Shown in pieces: positions 19,218-27,326 of a DNA stretch of 64,000 nucleotides; the stretch's first letter is position 1; every line of letters starts with the position of its first letter. The stretch spans positions 64,820-128,819 of the forward strand of contig CAZPMU010000001.1 in NCBI GenBank assembly GCA_964587795.1, given 5' to 3'. Below the pieces are notes generated by a model. That model saw only the letters and a program-made list of their open reading frames with translations, did no database searches and was not told the origin of the DNA. The position numbers were made by a program, and so were the translations under genes. The stretch is from an uncultured Dehalococcoidia bacterium. Lineage in GTDB: Bacteria; Chloroflexota; Dehalococcoidia; Lucifugimonadales; UBA3495.

Positions 19218-19471
19218 TCAGGCCCCACTTTCGAAAACACTCCGGCAATTCTAACAAGGGGGTAACTATGGGTCAACCTTGGAAAACTAACTCTAAGCAA
19301 GGAGACCTTGGGGGAACATCAGCGCGGTGGAGAGATGAACCTCTGATATTGCCCGTCTAAAGGATGTTCTCTCTTATAAAATTCCAGTGGAATTGCGGCG
19401 TATGTGTCGACGATCTCCCACCCAAGACAAGACAATTATTGGGAGAACCTGGCTAAAGAAGGAAAGCGGAA

Positions 19472-20140
19472 TCACAGCTCAATTCTCAATTCTCCCCAGC
19501 GCTCAAGGTAGGACCGCTGGAGTTGGCGGAATTTCTCCTGGTAATCGTCGGTGTGGATGGGACTGGTGGTCATTATTACCGCATCCTCCCGGTTGTCCGA
19601 GTAGTAGTTCTTGCGGATTCCGACCTCCTTGAATCCATACTTCTCATACAGGCGTTGGGCTATGAAATTGGAGACCCTGGCCTCCAGGGTAAGCACCGAT
19701 GAACCATGTTCTATGGCGACTCGCACCGACCCGATGAGCAATAGTTCGCCGATTCCATTGCCCCTTAACTCTTCGCGTACGGCTATCTCGGTTATATGGG
19801 TCTCGTTGCCCTGAAACCAGAGGCCAACGTAACCGGCAATGTCTCGCGGCGACGGGTCGGCGTCAGGTTGCCGGCCAACCATCCCTATTACTCCCTTGAC
19901 CATGCGGCCCCATAGCGATACGTCCGCCGCTTCACTGCCCGATTGTGGCCCGTCAGGGGGAGCCTGATCCGGTTCAGGGTCTAAAGCATCCGGTTGGTGC
20001 GCCACCAGGTACCGGGCGTACTTGTTGTTCAAATCGCGCTTCAGCGAAGCTCCCATGAACAGGGGGGCGAAAGCCTCGCGCTCTATCTCCAGCACCTGGT
20101 CGATGTCTGTGGCTGTCATCCTTCGGAGTTCTACGTCCAT
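19472..20140 (-). CDS. rimI: GNAT N-acetyltransferase, RimI-like, with internal insertion
   Basis: REELRGNGIGELLL acetyl-CoA motif and YEKYGFKEVGIRKNYY tail. I prefer ATG 20140 (GGAAAGG upstream) to the GTG at 20161. Confidence 0.7.
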   Translation of the reverse strand: MDVELRRMTATDIDQVLEIEREAFAPLFMGASLKRDLNNKYARYLVAHQPDALDPEPDQAPPDGPQSGSEAADVSLWGRMVKGVIGMVGRQPDADPSPRDIAGYVGLWFQGNETHITEIAVREELRGNGIGELLLIGSVRVAIEHGSSVLTLEARVSNFIAQRLYEKYGFKEVGIRKNYYSDNREDAVIMTTSPIHTDDYQEKFRQLQRSYLERWGELRIEL

Positions 20141-20345
20141 CTTTGCAACTGACCTTTCCACCTAAATGGCACGTAATCCTGAACCTTAGGTCTGCCGAAT
20201 TGTAGCATAGGAACCTGTGATTGCAATTGGTGCGGACAGCTTCATAGCGGGCCAAAAGAGGCGGATTGTTCTCCCGACAGGTGCTGGGAGGGCGACTCTG
20301 CGGCGCTTGCATTTGGGTAGCCGGACTCTACTCTTTCCCATGCAG

Positions 20346-21602
20346 TCAGGATGAAGGTGGGATGGTCACCTTGCCGTATATGCCGTCGTACCCCGGCTCG
20401 ACATGAATGTCGCCTCCCCTGACCTGGACAATTGCCGACGCCAGGGCGCTGTTACCGGCGGCTGCCAGTTCCGATTCAGTTGCCCAGAGCAGGGCGCAAA
20501 GCTCGGAACCTGTGGCGGAAACAATGTCGGAGTAAAGGCGCAGCACGCCCTTGGTGTTCGGGCCGCGACCCGTAACAGCTGAGATTATGTCTATGAGAGG
20601 AACGGTTCGCACGAAGGGGGGACGGCCACTCAGGGAAGCAACTGAGTTGGAAGGAATTGGCAGAGGGCGGTGCCATTCGGCCGCCGGCGCCTTACCGGTG
20701 TTCGGGTTGCCGTGGACGGAAGCCAGGTCAAGGGTTCGGTGGAGTACGCCCAGAGTCAGCGTTCGGCCACATATCGGGCAGGCATCTCCCTGTCTAAGGG
20801 TCTGTTCGGGGTGCCAACTGACGCCACACTTGCGGTGGCCATCGAAGTGGTACTTGCCCTCTTCCGGGTGCATCTCCACGGTGTATTCGACGCCATCGGG
20901 CTTCAGACCCTGCTGAAGGCCCTGGAAGGTCGGTTCACCAGAGAAGACGGTCAACTCGCGGCCCAGTCGGGGCAGGGAATGGGCATCGGAGAAGGAGACG
21001 ATGGCCTTGTCCGCCAGGTCGGGTACCTGCCAGTTCATCTGGGGGTCGCTGGATAGGCCGGTCTCTATGGCAGGGACGTGGTGAACCATATCGCGGAAGG
21101 CTTCGGAAAGGCTGTCGAAGCCGGACCTGGAGCCGAACACGCCGTACCAGGGCGTCCAGACGTGAGCGGGTACAACCAGGCACTCGGGGCTGGTTTCCAG
21201 GGTCAGCTCGACCGTGTCCCTAGCGGAGAGGGCCAGGGTGGGCCGGCCGTCGGACTGGAGGTTGCCGTACTCGGCGTACCTGGCGGTTAGAGCCTCGGCT
21301 GTGTCCATGTCGGGAGCGTAGATGAGCAGGTGGACCCTTCGGCCTCGGCCATCCTGCTTGAAAACGCAGCTGACCTCGGTGCCCAGGATGAAGTTGACGC
21401 CGGCATACTGGTAGGAGCCGTCGGGGCCTTCGGTGAGGCTTTCCTTCAGCTGCCTGAACCAGTCGGGATGGGTGAAGTCGGCGGTGGCAAGGAGTTGTAT
21501 GCCCTTGAACTTGGCCCAGGCCGCCAGGCCGTCCAGGGTGAGGGCTGAACTGGTGGCGTAGGCGTAGGCGGAGTGGAGGTGAAGGTCGGCTACGAAGGAC
21601 AT
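20346..21602 (-). CDS. PHP-domain nuclease, endonuclease Q (EndoQ) family
   Basis: ADLHLHS PHP motif at the N-terminus. KYHFDGHRKCG...CPICGRTLTLGVLHR forms a Zn-finger segment. Length (418 aa) and layout match EndoQ/TIGR00375-type proteins as I remember them. Confidence 0.65.
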   Translation of the reverse strand: MSFVADLHLHSAYAYATSSALTLDGLAAWAKFKGIQLLATADFTHPDWFRQLKESLTEGPDGSYQYAGVNFILGTEVSCVFKQDGRGRRVHLLIYAPDMDTAEALTARYAEYGNLQSDGRPTLALSARDTVELTLETSPECLVVPAHVWTPWYGVFGSRSGFDSLSEAFRDMVHHVPAIETGLSSDPQMNWQVPDLADKAIVSFSDAHSLPRLGRELTVFSGEPTFQGLQQGLKPDGVEYTVEMHPEEGKYHFDGHRKCGVSWHPEQTLRQGDACPICGRTLTLGVLHRTLDLASVHGNPNTGKAPAAEWHRPLPIPSNSVASLSGRPPFVRTVPLIDIISAVTGRGPNTKGVLRLYSDIVSATGSELCALLWATESELAAAGNSALASAIVQVRGGDIHVEPGYDGIYGKVTIPPSS

Positions 21603-21710
21603 GCGTCAGTCTAGCACAGCCGGGGCACGCGAACGGGCCGGGCGAAGGGCTGCACAGCCGGGCCAGCAGCAAGGGCCGGGACCGCCGGTCGAGGAGCGCT
21701 GGGCATCGGT

Positions 21711-22472
21711 CTAGGAAGGAAGGGCCAACAGTAGCTCGCCCGTCTTGCCGGGTACGTGGAGGGGAGCCTGGTGGCAGGAATCCAGGTGCTGAATATCCAC
21801 ATTGGGTATTAACCTGGCCATGGCCACCTGGAGGGTGGGCGAAAGCAATCGGTCCTGATCCAGAATGACGTAGGTGACCGGACAGGGCAGGTCGGGGAAG
21901 GCCAGGTCAACCCGGGTTTTCATCAGCCTGGTGGGCAGGGGGCCAAAGTAGCCCAGGGCGCGGTTGATTTCCCTGGGTTCCATGCCGTTGCACAGGTACC
22001 TGGAGATTACGGAAGGGGTCAGTTTGACGTCTTTGCCCAACATGCTGCTCAAGCTTGTTCCGGGAGAGAAGCGGTTCCGGACGGCGCCGGGCATACGGGA
22101 AAGAGGAGTCTTGTTGCTCTCGGGGACAACGCCGGCAATCATCGCCAGCCTCTTGGGGGGATCGGGCAGCAGGGGGGCCGCCTGGGCAGCGATCATTCCG
22201 CCGACGCCGTGGCCCACCAGGACCAGGTCCTTCATCCCACGGCGTTCAACGGCCCGGGCGATGGCCTGGACACACTCGTCAAGGCGGACATCTGCCGTAT
22301 CGCCCTCCTCGTCGTCGCCGTGGCCGGGCAGATTGAGAATGTAAAACTGGCTGGAGTAGCGAGGGGTATAAAGCCTGGGGGGATGGTCGGTGGGCGCGGT
22401 AACGCTTCCCCAGACTTTGTTCCAGAACCAGGCCCCCTGGCCCACGTCGTGCACTATCAGAAAGTCGGTCAT
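21711..22472 (-). CDS. Alpha/beta-hydrolase fold protein (SABP2/methylesterase-like) with Gly at the nucleophile position
   Basis: LIVHDVGQGAWFWNKV N-terminus. The nucleophile elbow reads VGHGVGG instead of GHSxGG. A C-terminal SCHQAPL His motif is retained. Confidence 0.7.
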   Translation of the reverse strand: MTDFLIVHDVGQGAWFWNKVWGSVTAPTDHPPRLYTPRYSSQFYILNLPGHGDDEEGDTADVRLDECVQAIARAVERRGMKDLVLVGHGVGGMIAAQAAPLLPDPPKRLAMIAGVVPESNKTPLSRMPGAVRNRFSPGTSLSSMLGKDVKLTPSVISRYLCNGMEPREINRALGYFGPLPTRLMKTRVDLAFPDLPCPVTYVILDQDRLLSPTLQVAMARLIPNVDIQHLDSCHQAPLHVPGKTGELLLALPS

Positions 22473-22579
22473 TCGAGTGTAGTATTCTCCAGGGAAGGGT
22501 TAACGGCCAAACAGGGCAGGTGGAACTCCCGTGACCCCGTTGACCAGTTCTACAGTCAACCGCCCGCTTCGGGCGCCTC

Positions 22580-23956
22580 TTAACCCAGGGACTTGAGCAG
22601 CCCGTCCAGGAACCGGTCTTCCTGCTCAGGCAGCACGGTACGGGGGTCCAGCAGGACCCGGTCATCTTCAATGCGGCCGATGACGGGCGGGTCGGCGGCA
22701 CGCAAACGCTGCATCAAACCTTCCGGCCCACCCGGGGTGGAACCGCAGTCCAGGGAAAGGACCCTGGTGGGCAGGGTTTCACCGGGGAGGCTTCCACCGC
22801 CGATGGCGGACCGGCTGGCGACAACCCTGGAGCCGGCGATGCCCCGGTCGGAAACCGCCTTTTTCCAGGTCTCGGCCCGTTCCTCAAGCAGCTGCGTCGG
22901 GGCGGAAATCATCCGCCAAATGGGGATTTCCCTCTCCGCCTCGCCCCGCACATAGTGCATCAGGGTGGCAATAAGGGATGCAAGGCTCATCTTGTCGATA
23001 CGGAAGGCGCGGGCCAGGGGATGCCGTTCGAGACGGTTTACCAGGTCGCGGGAACCAACGACGATACCGGCCTGGGGGCCGCCCAGGAGCTTGTCGCCGG
23101 AGAAGAAGGTCAACCCCACCCCGGCGTCAACGCTTTCCTGGGGAGTAGGTTCGTGGGCAAGGCCGTAGTCGTCGGTGGAAAGAAGGGCGCCACTGCCCAC
23201 GTCGTGGAGGACGGGAATGCCGCTTTTGGCGCCCAGGGAAACCAACTCAGCGGGTTCCACGAAGGCGGTGAAGCCCTCGACCCGAAAGTTGCTGGCATGG
23301 GCCTTCAGGAAGGCGCCGGTTTCCGGGGAAATGGCGGCTTCGTAATCGCGCACGTAGGTGCGGTTGGTAGTGCCAACGTCCACCAGTACAGCCCCACTCT
23401 GGGAGAGAACGTCGGGCACCCGGAACCCGCCTCCGATCTCCACCGCTTCGCCGCGGGACACAATCACCTCCTTGCCGGCAGCCAGGGCGGAAAGGCCCAG
23501 CAAAACGGCGGAGGCGTTGTTGTTGACAACCAGGCCGGCTTCGGCGCCGGTAACTTCCTGGAGAAGATTCTGGAGGTGGGCCTGACGGGACCCGCGCCGT
23601 CCATTGTCCAGGTCAAACTCCAGGTTGGAGTAGCCCTGGGCAGCATTGATGGCAGCCTCCGTGGCGGCCCGGCTCAAGGGAGCGCGGCCAAGATTTGTGT
23701 GGATAACCACCCCGGTGGCGTTGATTACCGGTTGTGGAGCGGGGCGGTTCATGGCCTCTATGGCCTTCTGCGCAGCCTGCGCCACCTCGTCAACGGACGG
23801 AGCGTCGGCGCCGCCCATTACAGAGGCCCTGGCGCGATCCAGTTCCCGGCGCACCAGGGACAGTATCCACTCGCGGCGGTAGGCCTTCATTTCCCAGGCC
23901 AGGATTTCAGAAGAGAGCACCCGTTCCACGCTGGGGATGTTCCGTAGCTGGGTCAA
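22580..23956 (-). CDS. selA: L-seryl-tRNA(Sec) selenium transferase
   Basis: Colinear with E. coli SelA: PVINATGVVIHTNLGRA, VVNNNASAVLL, VSRGEAVEIGGGFRVPDV, PLP-lysine FSGDKLLGGPQAGIVVG, and IGRIEDDRVLLDPRT. TTG start after GAGGA. Confidence 0.9.
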   Translation of the reverse strand: MTQLRNIPSVERVLSSEILAWEMKAYRREWILSLVRRELDRARASVMGGADAPSVDEVAQAAQKAIEAMNRPAPQPVINATGVVIHTNLGRAPLSRAATEAAINAAQGYSNLEFDLDNGRRGSRQAHLQNLLQEVTGAEAGLVVNNNASAVLLGLSALAAGKEVIVSRGEAVEIGGGFRVPDVLSQSGAVLVDVGTTNRTYVRDYEAAISPETGAFLKAHASNFRVEGFTAFVEPAELVSLGAKSGIPVLHDVGSGALLSTDDYGLAHEPTPQESVDAGVGLTFFSGDKLLGGPQAGIVVGSRDLVNRLERHPLARAFRIDKMSLASLIATLMHYVRGEAEREIPIWRMISAPTQLLEERAETWKKAVSDRGIAGSRVVASRSAIGGGSLPGETLPTRVLSLDCGSTPGGPEGLMQRLRAADPPVIGRIEDDRVLLDPRTVLPEQEDRFLDGLLKSLG

Positions 23957-24092
23957 TTCCTAAATCCTCACTAGAAATATGGGGCCCACCGAACTGCCGA
24001 TGGTACTTAAGAGCCTTGACCAAAGACATGGGCCACGCTCCCGGAATCAGCTACCGATTTTATCACGAAAGAAAGCCGGATTGACACGAAAC

Positions 24093-24322
24093 GAGAGGGC
24101 TCCCAGGGCTATCGCGTCTTAATTTCGATGGCCTCTCAATCAGGAAGTCAATGACGGCCTGAACTTGCCGAAGGGCATGGAGTCCTTTCCCCAAAGCACG
24201 GTTGCGTGCGCGAAAGTTTGCTTGCAGTCGGGATTACAGATTCTTCACTCCGTTCAGAATGACAGTCTCGGCGCTTCAGGATAGCGATCTCTTAACACGC
24301 GATTGCCCTGAGAGGGCTCCCA
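24093..24322. mobile_element. MITE-like element: 17-bp imperfect terminal inverted repeats flanked by a 13-bp direct repeat
   Basis: The direct repeat GAGAGGGCTCCCA occurs at 24093-24105 and 24310-24322. Immediately inside are GGGCTATCGCGTCTTAA (24106-24122) and TTAACACGCGATTGCCC (24292-24308), which are 15/17 complementary. The roughly 170-bp interior has no ORF. Confidence 0.4.
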
Positions 24323-24375
24323 CTGAGCACGAGAATTCCGCCGAAGGCCGTGAAGGTGGTAAATTTCGAAAATAG

Positions 24376-24415
24376 TTCCATTTGGTTCCATTTCGACCCA
24401 TTTTGGGACATTTTT
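24376..24415. other. Four T-tracts phased at exactly 10 bp (predicted intrinsically bent DNA)
   Basis: CCATTT / CCATTT / CCATTTT / ACATTTTT, with T-runs starting at 24381, 24391, 24401 and 24411. Confidence 0.6.
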
Positions 24416-24764
24416 CCGCGAAGGACAGGTCCTTCGGCCTGCTCCGGCTGAGAGGGTACGAAGATGTCCGACCCTCCCCGTACAAGGCGGCCGGCTTGCC
24501 AAAGTTGGACGCTCGGGAAGGGCCGCGCCTGCTATGGGTAAGGGTTGTTGTGGGGTAATGATCTCATGATGGAGATGGGTTATGCAGAATGGCAAGGGAG
24601 GAATTGTCATCTCGAGGTTTCCGCCGCTGCCGGAACTGCCATGACCTCGCTGACGCCACAAATGGCAGAGATTCTCGGCGCTGATCTGCGATCTGCGAGT
24701 CTCTGCGGAACGAAACGGGTTGGAGGAAAAGACAGTGGCGGGAGGTGGTAAATATACGGTTGAA

Positions 24765-24794
24765 TTGTCAAAATTGGCGGGAAAGTATTAGAAT
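24765..24794 (+). promoter_or_regulatory. Sigma-70-like promoter for the small ORF
   Basis: TTGTCA (24765-24770), an 18-nt spacer, then TAGAAT (24789-24794). It lies about 70 nt upstream of ATG 24866. Confidence 0.5.
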
Positions 24795-24865
24795 GCGTGG
24801 AGAAAGGCTAAGAGGCGGCTACGGCAGGCCGGGTTATTATTTGGGAGACCCTACGGAGGGTCGAT

Positions 24866-25072
24866 ATGAAAGGGACATTGATTGGAGTTTCGGTATTCGT
24901 GATGCTGTCAGTTGCCGTAAGTCTGGCGGCGGTAGGGGCCGTGACCCAGACGTATACCGGGACAGCCCCGGGTGGCGTTAACTCGATGGCAGTCCCGCAG
25001 ATGGAGACTCTGCCCGGGTTGGCGAACAACGAGGAGCAAAGCGGGGTGTACCGCGCATTCACCTACGTTTGA
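24866..25072 (+). CDS. Small secreted/membrane peptide (68 aa, hypothetical)
   Basis: Good SD (GGAGGG, 5 nt before the ATG). Signal-peptide-like N-terminus MKGTLIGVSVFVMLSVAVSLAAVGA. I recognise no homology. Confidence 0.4.
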   Translation: MKGTLIGVSVFVMLSVAVSLAAVGAVTQTYTGTAPGGVNSMAVPQMETLPGLANNEEQSGVYRAFTYV

Positions 25073-25344
25073 CCCTTCCACTAGTTTTTCGCCCCCCGTG
25101 TGGGGGCTTCGCATTTGCCCTGTTGCCAAGCCACAATGGTTGTCGTCCAACGACATAGTGAGCAAGCTATCGTCAAGGTAAGGTAGTGTAGCTCGCCGTT
25201 GCCGGCAGGCGTCCCAGACCACGCGAAACAGAACTGGGGGCCTCTCCCCCATTACAGCATCCCCCAAATGAGGGAAAAGGGACTTTTTGAGAAATACGGC
25301 GAGCCTCGCCTCCCTGCCTACATTCACTCTGTCGGAGCTTTCCA

Positions 25345-26574
25345 ATGCAACCAGGACTTCCCCCCGAACTTGACGGCCTCAAGAACATGGTCCGTCAAAT
25401 CGTACGAGACGAATGCGTTCCCCTGGAAACCGAATACCTGGCAAATCCGCCCCAGGAAGGAGTTGACGACGGCGGTCCGAAGGGTATAGCCGAGACGGTG
25501 ATGGGGATTGTTGGAACCCTGGACCACGAAAAGTGGGGAAGGCTTAACCGGATTTCCAAGGATACCGGCATTTACACGTCCTTCGTACCGGAAGAGTATG
25601 GCGGCGGGGGCATGGGAGCCCTGGGGCACGTGGTGATGGACGAGGAAATTCACAAGAGTATCGTCCAGCTGCCCACTTCCCCGGTGCCGATGATGATGGT
25701 CGGTTCCTGCACGCCGGAGCAGGAGGAAAAGTACCTCTATCCGGCGATTCAGGGAGACCTGAACTACGCCTTCGGCCAGACGGAACCACAGGCAGGCTCG
25801 GACCCGGGGGGAATGATGCAGACCCGGGCGGTGCGGGACGGGGATGACTGGGTCATTACGGGCACGAAGATGTTTATCTCAGGTGCGGCCACCGCAGACT
25901 TTCTGCTGGTGCAGGCGGTCACGGACCCGGAGAAACGGCAGCGGGGCGGCATAACCATGTTCATCGTGGACAACCCGACGCCGGGACTCAGTTTCGACCC
26001 GATTAGAGTGTGGATTGTTCCCACGCGTGCCCAGCAATACATGGTCAACCTGGATGAAGTGCGGGTGCCGCAGACCCAGGTTCTGGGAGAGGTGGGAATG
26101 GGGTTCACGCTGGGCCAGAAGTGGCTGGTCCACCACGACCGGCTGCTGCGGGGTTCCATGGCCCTGGGCATCCTGACCCGCGCCCTGGAAATGGCCATAG
26201 AATGGTCGAAGCAAAGGGTAACCTACGGGCGTCCCATTAGCGACCGGCAGGCAATACAGTATATGTTGACGGACGTGTACATTGACATTATGAATCTGCG
26301 GGCGGTGACCCGGGAGACAGCCGCACGGGCAGACCAGGGCGAAGACGTGCGGGTTGAAGCGTCGATGATCAAGTACTGCGCGGGAGAGTGGGGCTGCCGG
26401 AGCATAGACAAGATAATGCAGGTATTTGGCGGAATGGGCGAAACGCTGGATATGCCGATTCCCCACTGGTACCACCTGTTGCGCCATGCCCGCATCGGCG
26501 GGGGAACCTCGGAGATTCACAAGTTCGTGATGGCACGGGGACTGCTGGATGGCCGGGTATCCTTCCAGGGATAG
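25345..26574 (+). CDS. Acyl-CoA dehydrogenase family protein
   Basis: 409 aa. FGQTEPQAGSDPGGM and WVITGTKMFISGA motifs, and a C-terminal GGTSEIHKFVMAR tail. Confidence 0.85.
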   Translation: MQPGLPPELDGLKNMVRQIVRDECVPLETEYLANPPQEGVDDGGPKGIAETVMGIVGTLDHEKWGRLNRISKDTGIYTSFVPEEYGGGGMGALGHVVMDEEIHKSIVQLPTSPVPMMMVGSCTPEQEEKYLYPAIQGDLNYAFGQTEPQAGSDPGGMMQTRAVRDGDDWVITGTKMFISGAATADFLLVQAVTDPEKRQRGGITMFIVDNPTPGLSFDPIRVWIVPTRAQQYMVNLDEVRVPQTQVLGEVGMGFTLGQKWLVHHDRLLRGSMALGILTRALEMAIEWSKQRVTYGRPISDRQAIQYMLTDVYIDIMNLRAVTRETAARADQGEDVRVEASMIKYCAGEWGCRSIDKIMQVFGGMGETLDMPIPHWYHLLRHARIGGGTSEIHKFVMARGLLDGRVSFQG

Positions 26575-26671
26575 GCATTCGTTTCTGCATTGGACTCATC
26601 GGGCGCGGTCAGCCAGCATTCAAGGTACTTGCGGGAAGGGTGGAGAGGTCTGCGACCTAATTAGCGGATAG

Positions 26672-27319
26672 ATGGCGAGTACAGACTTCCGGCTGCAAGA
26701 TACCTCTCAAACCTGTCCAGACCATCCCACACTTCCCATCAGTGACCGTAATGGCGGTTTCTACTGCTTCAACTGCATTGTGACGGCCTTCCAGGGACAG
26801 GCGTACAGCGTGGCCTGCCGCATCCTGAACGACCGGCACCTGGCGGAGGACGCCGTGCAGGAGAGCCTGGCCTCCGCATACCGGTCGTTCGGCCGGTTCC
26901 GCGGCGTTAACCTGCGGGGCTGGCTGATGCGCATAGTTACCAACAACTGCCGGGATATGCTGCGCGCCAGCCGTTCCCGTCCCTCGGTTCCCCTGGACCC
27001 GGTGGCCGCCGACCCGGAATCGGATGCGGGAATCATGACGGCCGCCAACCTGCCCTCTGAACTGGAATCCCCTGAAGACTTCGCAGAACGCCGGGAGCTA
27101 CGCCGCATAATAGAGGCGGGGCTGGACTCGCTGCCCGAGGAGCGAAAGCTGGCGATTATGCTGGTGGACGTGGAGGGGTTCAGTTACGAGGAGGCCGCGA
27201 CCGCGATGGACTGCTCGGTGGGGACCGTCAAGTCCCGTATCAGCAGGGGCAGGAGAGAGTTGCGGGACTTCCTGAGAAGCGCGGGGGAACTTCTACCTTC
27301 CGGGTTCCGTCAGGAATAA
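26672..27319 (+). CDS. ECF (group 4) RNA polymerase sigma factor
   Basis: Region 2 (AEDAVQESLASAYRSF, GWLMRIVTNNCRD) and region 4 (MLVDVEGFSYEEAATAMDCSVGTVKSRISRGRREL). The exact start is uncertain. Confidence 0.85.
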   Translation: MASTDFRLQDTSQTCPDHPTLPISDRNGGFYCFNCIVTAFQGQAYSVACRILNDRHLAEDAVQESLASAYRSFGRFRGVNLRGWLMRIVTNNCRDMLRASRSRPSVPLDPVAADPESDAGIMTAANLPSELESPEDFAERRELRRIIEAGLDSLPEERKLAIMLVDVEGFSYEEAATAMDCSVGTVKSRISRGRRELRDFLRSAGELLPSGFRQE

Positions 27320-27326
27320 CAGGGAT

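Noticed and set aside
23697-23705. Perfect DnaA-box 9-mer (TGTGGATAA) near the AT-rich bent region, suggesting oriC.
   Set aside because: It is a single box inside the selA coding sequence. One such 9-mer is roughly expected by chance in 2 x 64 kb. There is no box cluster, no dnaA/dnaN gene and no DUE-like repeats.
24254-24661. 135-aa minus-strand ORF, and other 60-145-aa ORFs, inside the non-coding islet.
   Set aside because: They have no RBS, and their composition is Gly/Pro/Arg-rich and low in complexity. They span the MITE-like element and the phased T-tract region, so they are more likely non-coding.
24743-24753. 11-nt direct repeat AGGTGGTAAAT (also at 24354-24364) as ends of a second mobile element.
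   Set aside because: No adjacent inverted repeats are present. With only 11 nt in an 800-nt region, the match is only marginally unexpected.
23957-25344. Possible tRNA(Sec), tmRNA, RNase P RNA or SRP RNA in the gap next to selA.
   Set aside because: On either strand I found no T-loop (GGTTCGA-like) string, no UCA anticodon-loop context, and no RNase P (GAGGAAAGTCCGGGC) or SRP (GGAAGCAGCC) core. This was only an eye scan, so covariance-model searches are still needed.
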